A stretch of DNA of 64,000 bases from Candidatus Parcubacteria bacterium (GCA_016196625.1 JACPXH010000004.1:71993-135992), one strand, 5' to 3'; positions 1 through 10,839 are shown, numbered from the stretch's first letter. The notes: a model not told the origin generated them from the letters alone. Program-made: numbers and translations.

Positions 1-1330
1 CGCAGGTTCCGCCACCCGGTGTCGAAGGTGTTGTTTCGGCGGTGATGGTGAGTGTTGCCTCGCACGAACTGGATTCAGACCGCACTGATCCGTTTGGCGC
101 GCCGGTATCGGTAACCGTACCGATGTACTTGCGCGTTACAGGCGACTCGCCTGGCCGCACTCGCGGGAGCGCGCCCAAACCGGTTGAACCCGTAGCAAAA
201 TTGGTGGTGGCGGCCTTGCCAGTCGGGACGTTGCTTGCGGTATACTCCTTCGCCTCGATGGTGTCGTCGTTGTTTGCAAAATTTGCGGTGGTCCAAGTTA
301 AGTTGGGGGCAGGACTACTGCTGCTCTGCCAAGTGGCGCTACTCACATTATTGATGAGTATATCGCACCTAATCGTTGGCGGCGGCGGATTGCACACGCC
401 GCCGGGCGGTGAAGTTCTTGAGGCAACTACTTGACTATCCCTCATGGACAGCGAAACCGTAGAGCCATCGCTGAACGTACCGGCATAAACGTACGGTGGC
501 TGGCTCAAATTCGCTGTAAGGCTCGGAGAAGTTGAAACAAGGGTAACACCACTAATTCCCCACTCTGTCGTGCCGCCCCGATTTGAACTCAACGGCGAAG
601 TGTAAAGCGTGGTTTCGCCGCACGGAATAGAGAGATCGGCCGTGGTTTCTTCTGCCTGCCAAGGACAGGTGGCTGATGAAACCGCCACACCGTAGCGCGG
701 ATCGGTAAAATCCTTTGTCCGGTACCTCAGGCAGTCTGGCGCGCGGTTATTTGCAGATACGTCAGTGCCAGCGCACTGGACTTTCGTGGTATTGGCTGAA
801 TAGACCGCGGCCCGATAGTAAGTATCATCATCAATGGCAAGGCCGGTGGCTGTTTCATTTCGCACAAGCTGCGTGATAAGACCGCTGCCAGCGCCTAGAG
901 TCGGCACAGAGGGATCACTATCCCAACGCCGAAACCCGGCGCTGGCTGGCTGGATAGTGCCGTCTGCTGCTATAAAAAACTCAAACCCGGGAATCACCAG
1001 TTGGTATTTCCAGCTGGGCAACGCATCAAACCCGAACCATTCAAGCTTGAACCCCGGGTAGGCGTCGTAGGGTCCCTGACACTGGGCGCTCAATTTCACG
1101 CATGGCCCGCCGGACTGCGCTTCGGCCAAGTGCGTACCGAAATGTTGATCCACCAACGCCAACCACTGGTTTTGCTCACCGCAGTGTACCACCTTCTCCA
1201 GCGGCGCCTCCCGCACAGGAAGCTGGCGCCCGCCGACCAGAAGAAGGATTACGAACAACCCGAGTAGCAAACCAAACTTAACCAGCCACTGTCGTGACGG
1301 AACAGAGGTAAATTGCCAGAGCCGTTTCAT
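1..1330 (-). CDS. Large secreted protein, 5' part (N-terminal signal/TM; Ser/Thr/Cys/Gly-rich); continues past window start
   Basis: ATG at 1328-1330 (minus) opens a frame with no stop to position 1. N-terminus MKRLWQFTSVPSRQWLVKFGLLLGLFVILLLVGG is a signal/TM segment. The ORF track omits it because the stop lies outside the window. Confidence 0.45.
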   Translation of the reverse strand, partial: MKRLWQFTSVPSRQWLVKFGLLLGLFVILLLVGGRQLPVREAPLEKVVHCGEQNQWLALVDQHFGTHLAEAQSGGPCVKLSAQCQGPYDAYPGFKLEWFGFDALPSWKYQLVIPGFEFFIAADGTIQPASAGFRRWDSDPSVPTLGAGSGLITQLVRNETATGLAIDDDTYYRAAVYSANTTKVQCAGTDVSANNRAPDCLRYRTKDFTDPRYGVAVSSATCPWQAEETTADLSIPCGETTLYTSPLSSNRGGTTEWGISGVTLVSTSPSLTANLSQPPYVYAGTFSDGSTVSLSMRDSQVVASRTSPPGGVCNPPPPTIRCDILINNVSSATWQSSSSPAPNLTWTTANFANNDDTIEAKEYTASNVPTGKAATTNFATGSTGLGALPRVRPGESPVTRKYIGTVTDTGAPNGSVRSESSSCEATLTITAETTPSTPGGGTC

Positions 1331-1429
1331 CGGAAATTCACATTCCTTTCAATTCTAACACCAATCTAAAAAGCCAAGAACAGCCTTATCCACAAACGAA
1401 AAGTTCGCTTCCTACATTATACTCCCTCT

Positions 1430-1478
1430 CGCAAAAAGGAAGTCCCGTGACAGCGAGCGTGTCTCACTATCACGGGAC
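1430..1478 (-). terminator. Intrinsic terminator overlapping the metzincin stop codon
   Basis: 9-bp stem GTCCCGTGA/TCACGGGAC (1442-1450 / 1470-1478) followed on the minus strand by CUUCCUUUUUGC. Confidence 0.4.
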
Positions 1479-2543
1479 AATGTTGTACGTCAGCTCAACC
1501 TGGTTTTCATTACCGGATCTGTCGCGGGCGATGACGGTAATGGTAAGGGTCTGGCCCATTGAACGCGGCGGGAAAAGCGAGCACTCTGGCTCGAGTAGTG
1601 TGCCGCAGCGCATCCCAGCCCGAAGGAGCACGCCGGCGTTGAACTGTGATTTTGGGGACAACGACAGGACATACCCGTAAGGCGTAAGCCGACCAAACAT
1701 ACCGAATAGCCAGCCCACTCCTGCGGTTACGTCCTGACCGTTCGCCAGAACCTGCACGCTTGCGATGTCTTCCCTGCCGTCTGGGTCTGAAATCGCAATC
1801 TGAAAGTCCTGGCCTTGGTAAGAGACTTGACCTGACGCTGGCCAAATCTCCACTTCCGGCAGCCCGGAAGCCCGCAGCTGTTGGTCGCTTCGGCTCGGCG
1901 CCGGGTAGAGATAGTGGATACCAGCGATGTCGTCCGGGTGGAGCGGAAACCACTCTACTCCGATTGGCACGCCGCCGTGGCCCATGACCGGGCCGCCAAT
2001 GCCTGGAAACTGGCTCGGGTCCGGATGCCCCAAGCCCGAGACATGGCCGATTTCGTGCACCATGTCTGCGTAAAACACCTCCTTGTGCCGGCCAACCATG
2101 CCGTGATTCGTCCCGACCTTCACCCGACCATACAGCATGGCCATGGTGCCGCGCGACCGGTGAGCGATTAGGTAGGCCGAGGTCTTGTTATCGTCGGTGA
2201 AGTACACTTGGATTAGCGGTTTCGGATTGGCTGGGTCGAACGTGGCATTCGGTTCATACCGAAACCGCACGTACGCTTCCGGCACTTCTTCCCAAGCCCG
2301 GAACGCCCGGTGGATGACTTCGATCGGGTCGAACGGCGGGACGATCTGGCCGGGCCGCACGACTGGGTAAGCCGCGAGGCTTGCGAAATCAATCGTGTAG
2401 GGAATGGGCATATCAGCCGCATCCCACACGCAAAACTCGATGGGCTTGCACAGCCGCTCGAACGCCGACGTTGCCGTAGGTACTCCGACGAAGAGCGCAA
2501 TCAGGACCAGCCTGACTGCGCTCTTCCTCCAAAGCGCAGTCAT
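1470..2543 (-). CDS. Secreted zinc metalloprotease, metzincin/matrixin-like
   Basis: HEIGHVSGLGH matches HExxHxxGxxH. N-terminal signal peptide. SD GAGGAGGAAAACC precedes the ATG. Confidence 0.7.
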   Translation of the reverse strand: MTALWRKSAVRLVLIALFVGVPTATSAFERLCKPIEFCVWDAADMPIPYTIDFASLAAYPVVRPGQIVPPFDPIEVIHRAFRAWEEVPEAYVRFRYEPNATFDPANPKPLIQVYFTDDNKTSAYLIAHRSRGTMAMLYGRVKVGTNHGMVGRHKEVFYADMVHEIGHVSGLGHPDPSQFPGIGGPVMGHGGVPIGVEWFPLHPDDIAGIHYLYPAPSRSDQQLRASGLPEVEIWPASGQVSYQGQDFQIAISDPDGREDIASVQVLANGQDVTAGVGWLFGMFGRLTPYGYVLSLSPKSQFNAGVLLRAGMRCGTLLEPECSLFPPRSMGQTLTITVIARDRSGNENQVELTYNIVP

Positions 2544-2686
2544 GGTTTTCCTCCTCGGCCTCCGTAGCTTTAGCGCAGGAGGCCTTGCCCGTCAGCTGTC
2601 AGGCGATTGGGGCTTGCTCCGTACCATCACCTCAATTGTCAAACATCAATCCTCCTACTCTCTAGACCGAAGTTTACTACCTAACA

Positions 2687-5029
2687 TTACTCCTTGTCAA
2701 GCTCTTTGTTTTTGTTTTCTGGCAAAAACCGACGGATACCGACCAAGGCGACAATCACAACGAAAAGAAGTACAGCCGCTCCGATAAGGACATTCTGCTC
2801 CCGTGAACTCTTAGCCGGAGTACGGTTGCTCACGACCCGCACGACCTGACCGCGAGCGACGTCAACGACAGTCAGCGCGTGCTGGCTGGCGTGGAGCGCG
2901 TACAGTTCGCCGGTGCGCTGATTGAAAGCCGCGTACGAAACCGGAAACAGGAGCGTGGCGATGGCAGAGACGGCCTGATCAGCCGGGTTAAACCGAAGGA
3001 GTTGGCGCTGCGAGACACGGTCGCTAAACAGCACTTCGCCGCTTGACTGAAGAACCGGCGGCGCGACGCCCGTTGACGCGAGCGCCTGATCAAGATGCGT
3101 CCGGCTTGTCACCGACAAACTCTCCGGATCGACCATGATTATCTCGGCGCCAGCTGAAAGATTCTGACCCACGATAATGCCCGCTTTCGTATCGGCAATG
3201 CCCACGGCCTCTCCGGCGAGAGAAACCTGCTGTTCGAGCGTGGCGCGGTCCGCATCAATGAGCGCTATCGTGCTCGGCGAACGTGTAAGCACAACCGCGC
3301 CCGCCCCGCGCTCAGGGAAGACCGGCCCCACGATTGGCGCACCGAGTTCAACGCGCCCCACCTCGCGAAGCGCTGCGGTATCAATGAGGCTCACGGAGTT
3401 GTCGGCGGTGTTGGCAACCGCGACCCGACTGATCGCCGGCTGGACCGCAATGAGCAAGGGCGCGTTGCCAACCGAGATTGTCTGAACTACCTCATCCTTT
3501 GTGGCATCCACGACGCTCACCGAATTGCTGTCCTGGTTCACCACGAAGAGCCGCCGGGTAACGGGATCGTAGCGCATGGTGCGCGGTTTCTTGCCCACCG
3601 CGATCCGTTTTTTCACGCGGCGAGCCTCACGGTCAAGTACCATCACCACGTCCTCGTCACCACTCACCACATAGAGCTTGCCCACTTCAGGAACGTAGAG
3701 CGATGCGCGAGGGTTGCGGCCAAGCTGGGTCGTCCGGACAGCCGCCTGCGTCCGGCCCTCGATGACGGTGAGGAACCCGCCGATGTTGTTGACGACGTAC
3801 ACGCGCCCAGCCGCTTCGTTGACGGCCAAACCGATCGGCAAATCAAATACCGGTCCGGCGCGCCGCACGATCCGCCGAGGGTCTGCACCCCTTGGCAGAA
3901 ACGAAGTCTGGTTCGCGCTGACATCGAAGATGGTAAGAGTGTCGCTTTCTGGGTTCACGAAGTAGACCTCGCGCCGGCGCGCATTGAATGTGGCTTCGTC
4001 AGTGTTCGTGCCGCTTTCGAGCATGCGGACTACCTGCATGCGTTCGGTATCCACAACTGCCACGCGAGCCGAACCGGTGAGCGGCACGTAGAGTACGCCT
4101 CCCTCACTATCAAGCGTTGGCCGCCCGGGAAAAGAACCAGCGGGAAATTCGAGTTTTGATATGGCCTCCCCCACCGGTGAAATTTTCGCAACGGCGTTAC
4201 CCACAAAGAGCGTAACATACAACGTTCCCGTGGCCGCATCGAGCGCAAATCCCCGCGGGTCGCGGCCGACGACAATTTCTTTAGGCACGAACTCTCCTTC
4301 CGCCATCCTCACGGTAGAGGCGCCAACGGCGGGCGCGACGTAGAACGCCGACCGCTCGCTATCCACCAAGAGAAGCTGCGGGGAGAAAGGCAGCGGCACC
4401 GTACGAATCGCCAAGAGAGGTTCAGGCGCCAGGACCGTGATAGAGCGGCTGGTTTCGTTTGCGACATAAGCCGAGCCGGTTTTCGCATTGACAGCGACCT
4501 GAATAGGTCCGGTCCCGACCGCTGTTCCAGCCACCACGCGCGACGTGCTGGTATCGATGAGAGATACAGAATTTTCGATAAAGTTTACGACGAACAAACG
4601 CTTGCGCGCTGGATCGAGCGCGAGCGCGACCGGCCGTTTGCCTACTGGAATACGCCTAACCCCCCATGTATCTGGACGTATTTCGACTACGGAATTTGTC
4701 TGTCCATCGGTAAGGTAGAGCGCCCCGCTCTCGGAATCGAGCACCATGGCCTGAGCCCGAGGTGCCGCTTGGGCTCGACCGATCACCTCTTTTGTGCTGG
4801 CCCGGAAACCCACGACGATCCCGGATGCGTCGTTGAATACGAAAAAGCGATCGCGCGCCTCGTCAATCGCGATGAGCAACGGTTTCTCGAAAAGCGATGG
4901 TTGTGCCGGTGGCCGAACACGTGCCGAAACGAAAAAGACCGCTGCCAGCGCAACGGCTCCCGCGATGATGAAGCTCGGCCTGATCCAACGGCGCACCTGC
5001 ATCAACAGATACCGCCCGAGTTGCCACAT
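2687..5029 (-). CDS. YVTN-type beta-propeller repeat surface protein with N- and C-terminal TM anchors
   Basis: At least 10 degenerate ~40-aa repeats of the form ...ALDPxxxRLFVVNxxSNSVSVID... C-terminal hydrophobic helix then KNKELDKE. Likely start MWQLGRYLL. Confidence 0.6.
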   Translation of the reverse strand: MWQLGRYLLMQVRRWIRPSFIIAGAVALAAVFFVSARVRPPAQPSLFEKPLLIAIDEARDRFFVFNDASGIVVGFRASTKEVIGRAQAAPRAQAMVLDSESGALYLTDGQTNSVVEIRPDTWGVRRIPVGKRPVALALDPARKRLFVVNFIENSVSLIDTSTSRVVAGTAVGTGPIQVAVNAKTGSAYVANETSRSITVLAPEPLLAIRTVPLPFSPQLLLVDSERSAFYVAPAVGASTVRMAEGEFVPKEIVVGRDPRGFALDAATGTLYVTLFVGNAVAKISPVGEAISKLEFPAGSFPGRPTLDSEGGVLYVPLTGSARVAVVDTERMQVVRMLESGTNTDEATFNARRREVYFVNPESDTLTIFDVSANQTSFLPRGADPRRIVRRAGPVFDLPIGLAVNEAAGRVYVVNNIGGFLTVIEGRTQAAVRTTQLGRNPRASLYVPEVGKLYVVSGDEDVVMVLDREARRVKKRIAVGKKPRTMRYDPVTRRLFVVNQDSNSVSVVDATKDEVVQTISVGNAPLLIAVQPAISRVAVANTADNSVSLIDTAALREVGRVELGAPIVGPVFPERGAGAVVLTRSPSTIALIDADRATLEQQVSLAGEAVGIADTKAGIIVGQNLSAGAEIIMVDPESLSVTSRTHLDQALASTGVAPPVLQSSGEVLFSDRVSQRQLLRFNPADQAVSAIATLLFPVSYAAFNQRTGELYALHASQHALTVVDVARGQVVRVVSNRTPAKSSREQNVLIGAAVLLFVVIVALVGIRRFLPENKNKELDKE

Positions 5030-5345
5030 CCGCCCTGCCCGCCGCCGGCGTTCCCGCCGTCGCCCGGTGGTGACGGTGGTGACGTCCAACAGCTCGGATC
5101 ATTCACTTGCGCTGAAGCGATCGGCACCACGCCGCCCACGCCGCACGAGTTTGCGGCCGAATGTGGCTGCGAGGCCGATGATTTCGCCACGAGGCCGACG
5201 ACGAAAACCGTCAACCCCACCACGATGATACGCAGGAATTCACGGACAGACTGGAGCATATGTTGGTCAATCCAGTACACTAATACGTAGCGCCATCATA
5301 CCCCAAGACCCCTCCGTATACAACGCCGCTATCCACACCGCCACT

Positions 5346-6308
5346 GTGCCACGCAGCCTCCAGAAACTCTTGATTTACCTCAGCCGACTCCTCAAGCAGG
5401 ATGAACTTGTGTTGCTCGATCGCCTAATCCACCAACGCCTGGTAACGCCGGGTGAATTGACGCTCGAGCAAAATCAGTATGGCTACTGGGAGCACCTCGT
5501 TGACCACTGGGAGACGGTCGAGAGCCCGTTCCGTCCGAGTACCGAAGATATTGCTATCTATCGCGAGTTCCTCGCGAAGACCGGAAACGCCGGCCCTGTG
5601 CTTATCTTGGGTTCTACCCCGGAACTTCGAGATCTCACCGCAACCGCCGGCGCAGGCCGGGTGCACCTTGCTGACTTCTCCTACCGGATGCCCCTCGCCA
5701 TGCTTCGGTTCACAAAACACGTTGACCCGCTCGAGGAAATCTGGGTGCGGACCAACTGGCTTAAACTCCCCTTCCCTCCTGAATTCTTTGGCGCTATTCT
5801 CGGAGACCTTGCGCTCCAGCAGCTAACGCCCGAAGCAGAACCTCGCCTCCTTACGAAGATCGCAAAACTACTCAAGCCCGAAGGCGTCTTCATCGCGCGC
5901 TGTCAGGTACTCGACGAAACGGCTCTCGGCGATGATGTCGGCGCGATCGTTGCGCGATTCCGCGACCGTCCGCTGACGGACTGGCAAAGAGTATACTTCA
6001 TCGCCTCGCGGCTCTTGTGGCGCTTCGCCGACCGGGCCAACCGCAGACTCAACCGAACGCTCGCCGCACAAGAACTCACGGCGTGGGCAAACGAAACAGG
6101 AATGACGCAACCACTCCTAGCGAGCATCCACCAAGCCATTATTGAAGACCCGGCCGCGTTCCGGACATGGTCGCCGCCTGAAGAGCGCGCGCTCGTGGCG
6201 CTATTCTCCCGATACTTCACCGTGGTTGAAATGAAGCGCGCGAGCGACTACGAAGGCGCTGCGTGGTGCCCGATATTTCGCCTGCGCGTCAGGCAGAGCC
6301 CTTCGTGA
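5346..6308 (+). CDS. Putative class I SAM methyltransferase-fold protein with a degenerate G-loop
   Basis: VLILGSTPE...VHLADFS...ILGDLAL...LLKPEGVFI resemble MTase motifs I, post-I, II and III. GTG start. Confidence 0.35.
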   Translation: MPRSLQKLLIYLSRLLKQDELVLLDRLIHQRLVTPGELTLEQNQYGYWEHLVDHWETVESPFRPSTEDIAIYREFLAKTGNAGPVLILGSTPELRDLTATAGAGRVHLADFSYRMPLAMLRFTKHVDPLEEIWVRTNWLKLPFPPEFFGAILGDLALQQLTPEAEPRLLTKIAKLLKPEGVFIARCQVLDETALGDDVGAIVARFRDRPLTDWQRVYFIASRLLWRFADRANRRLNRTLAAQELTAWANETGMTQPLLASIHQAIIEDPAAFRTWSPPEERALVALFSRYFTVVEMKRASDYEGAAWCPIFRLRVRQSPS

Positions 6309-7185
6309 AAATAAGGTACCGGCGTTCGCTGGGCCCGGTGCTGGAAATTTGGAACCGGAACTGCCGCGCCTGATCTTCTTCCGCTTCCCCGGAGAGATAC
6401 CATCGCAGGCGCGGGGGTGCAGTCGTCTCGATGATGTGCCACAGAAATGGCGCGGGCTCCCCCCAGATTCTGCCGATTTCAACAGTGCGGTCGGGCTCAT
6501 TGTTTACGACCGCCACACCACTCACCGCGCCTAATCCGTCATGGCTTATTAGCAGCCGTCGGCTCGCGATGAGCCGCTCGAGCTCATCGTTGGAACTGAT
6601 CGGCCGCCATACGAAATTTTCGCCAAAGAGATTAGCGTGATCGAACGCAAGTGGGTAGTGCGCGCTAAGAAACGATGCGATTTCGGCCCGCTCGGGTGCG
6701 ATCGCTTCGCGCGCAACCGTTCGATCCCAGAAATGGCTAGGGCGCACCGCACCAATCGTGGCCTCCATGAGCGTAAACCCCGACTGCGCAGCAAAACCCG
6801 CGTTCGTGAACACGCGCACCGCCGGCGCGTTCGCCGCAAGCACGACTGCCTTTACCGGTTGACGCCGCATCGTGGCAAACTGCGTGATGCGCTCAACCAA
6901 TCGCTGAGCGATTTTCTGGTTGCGCCAGTCGGGGTGCACACGCAAACCCATCAACCACACGTACGGCTCCAGCACGAGTGCGCATGCCACGCCGACCGCC
7001 ACGCTATCTCGTACGGCCACAAACGGCACGAAATCCTCGGAGAGGAATGGTTGCTGAAAGAATAAGAGTACGTGATCGCGCGGTCCGCCAACGAAGAGGC
7101 AAAGCCCGCGGATGCTATCGCGATGTTCGTTTGTGGCCACGAGAATTTGAATGTCCGGTGTTGATGCCACGGTACGACGCATCAT
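6289..7185 (-). CDS. GNAT-family N-acetyltransferase domain protein
   Basis: RVHPDWRNQKIAQRLVERI matches GNAT motif A. Confidence 0.5.
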   Translation of the reverse strand: MMRRTVASTPDIQILVATNEHRDSIRGLCLFVGGPRDHVLLFFQQPFLSEDFVPFVAVRDSVAVGVACALVLEPYVWLMGLRVHPDWRNQKIAQRLVERITQFATMRRQPVKAVVLAANAPAVRVFTNAGFAAQSGFTLMEATIGAVRPSHFWDRTVAREAIAPERAEIASFLSAHYPLAFDHANLFGENFVWRPISSNDELERLIASRRLLISHDGLGAVSGVAVVNNEPDRTVEIGRIWGEPAPFLWHIIETTAPPRLRWYLSGEAEEDQARQFRFQISSTGPSERRYLIFTKGSA

Positions 7186-7281
7186 AGCACGAAGGGGCGA
7201 TCGGAAAAGAAAACCGCCCGACCCAATGAGACGAAGTCTAATTATTGGGTCGGGCGGGTTGGCGCGCGAGGGCGCCGAAGA

Positions 7282-8202
7282 TCAACGAGGCAACCCCACC
7301 CTCAACGCGACCGGAGCTGAAGAACCAGTGCCCGGGGCGACGTTGAATGCGAAGTCCAGTCCGAACACCCGCAGTTCATAAACACCACCGGGCGTGAGGC
7401 GCGAAGTGCAGACGGTGGTGGCGGTAGCTGACGGCAGGAGAACCGCTCCCCAAGCCCGATCGCGTTGCAGTTCGGGCCCGTCGGAGAAAACGCGGCCGGT
7501 AAACTCTCGATACGGCCCGACGTATTCGAGCGCATAATACGCAGCACCCGGTAACGTTTGCCAACGAATGCCGAAACACTCTCCGGCCGTGAGCCTGCTC
7601 GGCTCCACCCCAAACCCGACGACTGGCCGGAACGGCATCGCGGAGACCGCGGTGAAGGTGCCGCTGAAAGATCGCTGTATTGTGGCACCGCTCAACAGCG
7701 TCGCCACGATATCGCCGTCGTAGCGACCGAGCGGCGCGAAGTTGGCTGAACTGACGGTGAGGCGAAACGCGACAACCATCTCATCGCCGCTGCACCTGCG
7801 CAGCGCTCCCCGATCGGCAACTGCGCCGGTCGGCGAGTGCACGAACAGTGGCGCACGAAACGTAAGCATGGTCACATCAAGAGCAAACTCACCCGGCATC
7901 TCGGCCGAAATGGCAGGGTGAAACCAATCGTTAAAGAGCACCCCTCTCGAGCGCTGCGAGACCGAGAACCTGATCGCTTCGCAATCAAGCGATTCAAGAT
8001 CGGCATAGGCGTCAAAATTCCCGTCGCTCCAGAGCGTAACCGAGAGCCTGCCACTCACATCTTCGCTCCCGGCCAAACGATGATTGCCCTCAAATCGCCG
8101 AACTACTACCCGATTGTCGTTTGATGCTGCCCGCGCTGGCAGTACGCCCATAACGCCGAGCACTATCATCACCGTCGCTCCCACCGCGCGCCTGACCATC
8201 GT
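7282..8202 (-). CDS. Hypothetical secreted protein
   Basis: Internal Met followed by signal peptide VGATVMIVLGVMGVLPARAAS. No recognisable domain. Confidence 0.4.
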   Translation of the reverse strand, partial: TMVRRAVGATVMIVLGVMGVLPARAASNDNRVVVRRFEGNHRLAGSEDVSGRLSVTLWSDGNFDAYADLESLDCEAIRFSVSQRSRGVLFNDWFHPAISAEMPGEFALDVTMLTFRAPLFVHSPTGAVADRGALRRCSGDEMVVAFRLTVSSANFAPLGRYDGDIVATLLSGATIQRSFSGTFTAVSAMPFRPVVGFGVEPSRLTAGECFGIRWQTLPGAAYYALEYVGPYREFTGRVFSDGPELQRDRAWGAVLLPSATATTVCTSRLTPGGVYELRVFGLDFAFNVAPGTGSSAPVALRVGLPR

Positions 8203-8423
8203 CCACCTCCTTCTGGCACAAGTGAAAAGACCACTCCCCGTACCGACACGATACCAGCAACCAGAAGTTTTAGCAATACACAACACACAGTTCGTGGTAT
8301 ACTAACAGGATAAAATGGCCCGCGCTAAACAGAAAAGGAGGACTGCCAGTGCGTGCCCAACGACCTGCTCTTTACAAACCTTGAAAATCGACACTTGGCA
8401 CCGCCACAGCGAAAGGAGGGTGC

Positions 8424-10289
8424 GTGATGGGACCACGGAGATGGTTGGCTCTTTTCAAGATTCAGGGGCTGACGGTTTTTCTGCTTGCTACCTGGGTGAG
8501 TGCAGCGCCAGCACTTTCGCCGCCCGAGCATCCCATTATCCTCGTGCCCGGCTTCACCGCCGACGCGAGTACGTGGGACACGTTCCTCGATACCGTCACC
8601 CAGCAAGGGTGGACTTTCGGGGGACAAGCCCAATACCGCAACGGTCAAATCTACTACTTCCCAGACGCCCGATTTGGCGGGCGCATCAAGCCGGGCGACA
8701 TCTACACCATCACCTTCACGAGCAGCGTCGCCCTCACCTACCAAGAGCAAGCTGCCGAGTTGGAAGGCGTGATCGAGTTCATCTTGCAGCTGACCGGTAA
8801 ATCAAAGGTGATTTGCGTCGGGCACAGCATGGGCGGGCTCGCGTGCCGCGCTTACATGAGCTATGTCCGACGGCCAAAGGTAAGCCAGATCATCGCGGTG
8901 GGAACCCCGCACTTGGGTTCGAACTTCGCGAATATTGCCGCGAGTGCTGGTTTCTCGGGGGCAGTCACGGCCGTACGCATCCTGCAGCCGAACTCCCTCG
9001 AGCTCAACCAGCTCAACACCGACACGCTCAACCGCTACCGAGACACCCCGATTGCCTACAACTCCATCATCGTGGACAACGACGATGTAGTGAGTGAACG
9101 CAGCCAGAACTTTACGAACGTCGGCTTGCAGGTCCCCCTGCACACCGAAGTTCGCATCCGCCTGCTTCAGCCTTGCACCTTCAACCGCTTGAACCACCTG
9201 TGCGAAACCGAGGACGAGAACGTCCGAGTCGCTGTCACGGCCGAGATAGCTCGCCGACCGGTCGCGCTCGTGCTCAAGACCGATACGCCCACGACACGGA
9301 TGGGCTCACCCCTGCGCATCAAACTCCTCGTCTCCTCCGCAAACCGCACTGCGGATCTCTATGCCGGGATACTCATGCCGAACGGACAGTTCGTGTTCCA
9401 AACCACCCTGGACGCTGACAACCCCGGATGGGCCGCCGCAGCCGCGCCCGCCGCGAACCGCCTGAGCGAAGAAGAGCTGTATCTGATCAACTTTCGTTCG
9501 CTCAACCGCGGCAGCGAGGGCGAGTACACCTTCTATGCGCTCCTCGTCCGGCCTGATCAGAGCCCCTACGATGGCACGCGCATCTCCAATCTCGCCCAGA
9601 CGAAGTTCCGAGTCGCCGCGGTGGAGAGCTCACCCACGAACATTGAACGCATCTTCGTCTCAACCCAGAACAACCCCTACCACTGGGGATCACCGTGGAC
9701 GCCGGGGTACCGATTCCACATTGAGGTGATCGTCTCGGATGAACGCGGATCAGCCGCTGACTACGTCTCGCGCGTTGAAGCACGAAGCCGCCGAACCGGC
9801 GAAGTAATCGCGATCGACCTCGAGTGGCGTCTCCCGAACGGCAACGCTAGCTACATCTTTGAGCGAGACTACGGAGGCGAAGCCGGAGTGTTCGACGTCG
9901 CGGTTACGACGACCGATGGCCGTACGGTGAGGGGAACGTCACACTCGTTCGATCGACCCCGCCAGCTACCGCTCCCGCAAGGGCTCAACATCAACAGCGT
10001 ATCCCCGACGCGTTTCTGGTTTGAGCCGGTGCCGGGAGCTTCGCGCTACTGGTGTTGGGTCTATACGCGGTTTGCGCCGCGCCGAGCCATCTACACCTGT
10101 CCAGCTTCAACCACGCCGAGCTTTGCGCTCCCCGCAAACATCTTCCGTGGCGACGAATGGTACATCGTCGTTGCGTTCGCGGCCGAGATTGATGCCACCG
10201 AACCGAGCGACAGCCCCAGCAACGAGAACGTTGCTGTCAATAACTTGTTCCTATGGCCCGGCAGAGAGTACTCCACTGCCGACTACTGA
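8424..10289 (+). CDS. Secreted alpha/beta-hydrolase lipase/esterase with a long C-terminal domain
   Basis: Signal peptide; PIILVPGF...GHSMGG nucleophile elbow (GxSxG). SD AAGGAGGG lies 7 nt upstream. Confidence 0.65.
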   Translation: MMGPRRWLALFKIQGLTVFLLATWVSAAPALSPPEHPIILVPGFTADASTWDTFLDTVTQQGWTFGGQAQYRNGQIYYFPDARFGGRIKPGDIYTITFTSSVALTYQEQAAELEGVIEFILQLTGKSKVICVGHSMGGLACRAYMSYVRRPKVSQIIAVGTPHLGSNFANIAASAGFSGAVTAVRILQPNSLELNQLNTDTLNRYRDTPIAYNSIIVDNDDVVSERSQNFTNVGLQVPLHTEVRIRLLQPCTFNRLNHLCETEDENVRVAVTAEIARRPVALVLKTDTPTTRMGSPLRIKLLVSSANRTADLYAGILMPNGQFVFQTTLDADNPGWAAAAAPAANRLSEEELYLINFRSLNRGSEGEYTFYALLVRPDQSPYDGTRISNLAQTKFRVAAVESSPTNIERIFVSTQNNPYHWGSPWTPGYRFHIEVIVSDERGSAADYVSRVEARSRRTGEVIAIDLEWRLPNGNASYIFERDYGGEAGVFDVAVTTTDGRTVRGTSHSFDRPRQLPLPQGLNINSVSPTRFWFEPVPGASRYWCWVYTRFAPRRAIYTCPASTTPSFALPANIFRGDEWYIVVAFAAEIDATEPSDSPSNENVAVNNLFLWPGREYSTADY

Positions 10290-10839
10290 GACCGCGGCGC
10301 CCGCTCCCCCTAGGGAGCGGGCGCAATCTCATTTGTCTTGACACGCGCGGCAGTGCTTTTTGGAGCCAGAAGCTGTACCGGCGCGGATGGCGTCGGATGT
10401 CGCGCCGGAGCGCGGCAAGGGCAATCCATTTGCACGCCTCGGCTTCTTTTGGATTCGGCTTGGGCGTTCCGCCAAAGCGACCGACCAACACATGATCGTA
10501 CTCGTGCTCAATGAGCCCGTTCAGGAATTTCACTTTGTAGACGAAGCTGAAAATTTCTTTGAGCTTCGTATCAAACCCCATCTCTTCTTTGAGCCGGCGG
10601 TGCGCGGCCCGGAGCACGGTTTCGCCCGGCCGGGGATGACTGCAGCAGGTATTCGACCACAGCCCTCCGGAGTGGTACTTGCGGCGCGTTCTACGCTGCA
10701 AGAGAAGTTCTCCTCTCGGGTTAAAGATGAAGATGGAAAAGGCGCGGTGAAGCAAACCCTTACGATGGGCAACAAGCTTGCCCATCGCCCCAACCTTCCG
10801 ATCGCGAGAATCAACAAGAATAATCTGTTCGGTTTCCAT
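10237..10839 (-). CDS. idi: Isopentenyl-diphosphate delta-isomerase, type 1 (Nudix)
   Basis: LHRAFSIFIFNPRGELLLQRRTRRKYHSGGLWSNTCCSHP is the IDI-1 signature. 3' end overlaps the lipase gene convergently by ~50 nt. Confidence 0.75.
   Translation of the reverse strand: METEQIILVDSRDRKVGAMGKLVAHRKGLLHRAFSIFIFNPRGELLLQRRTRRKYHSGGLWSNTCCSHPRPGETVLRAAHRRLKEEMGFDTKLKEIFSFVYKVKFLNGLIEHEYDHVLVGRFGGTPKPNPKEAEACKWIALAALRRDIRRHPRRYSFWLQKALPRVSRQMRLRPLPRGSGRRGLSSRQWSTLCRAIGTSY

Noticed and set aside
42-1267. Plus-strand ORFs 42..434, 834..1061 and 1001..1267
   Set aside because: They are embedded antisense in the long minus-strand secreted-protein gene and have no start context.
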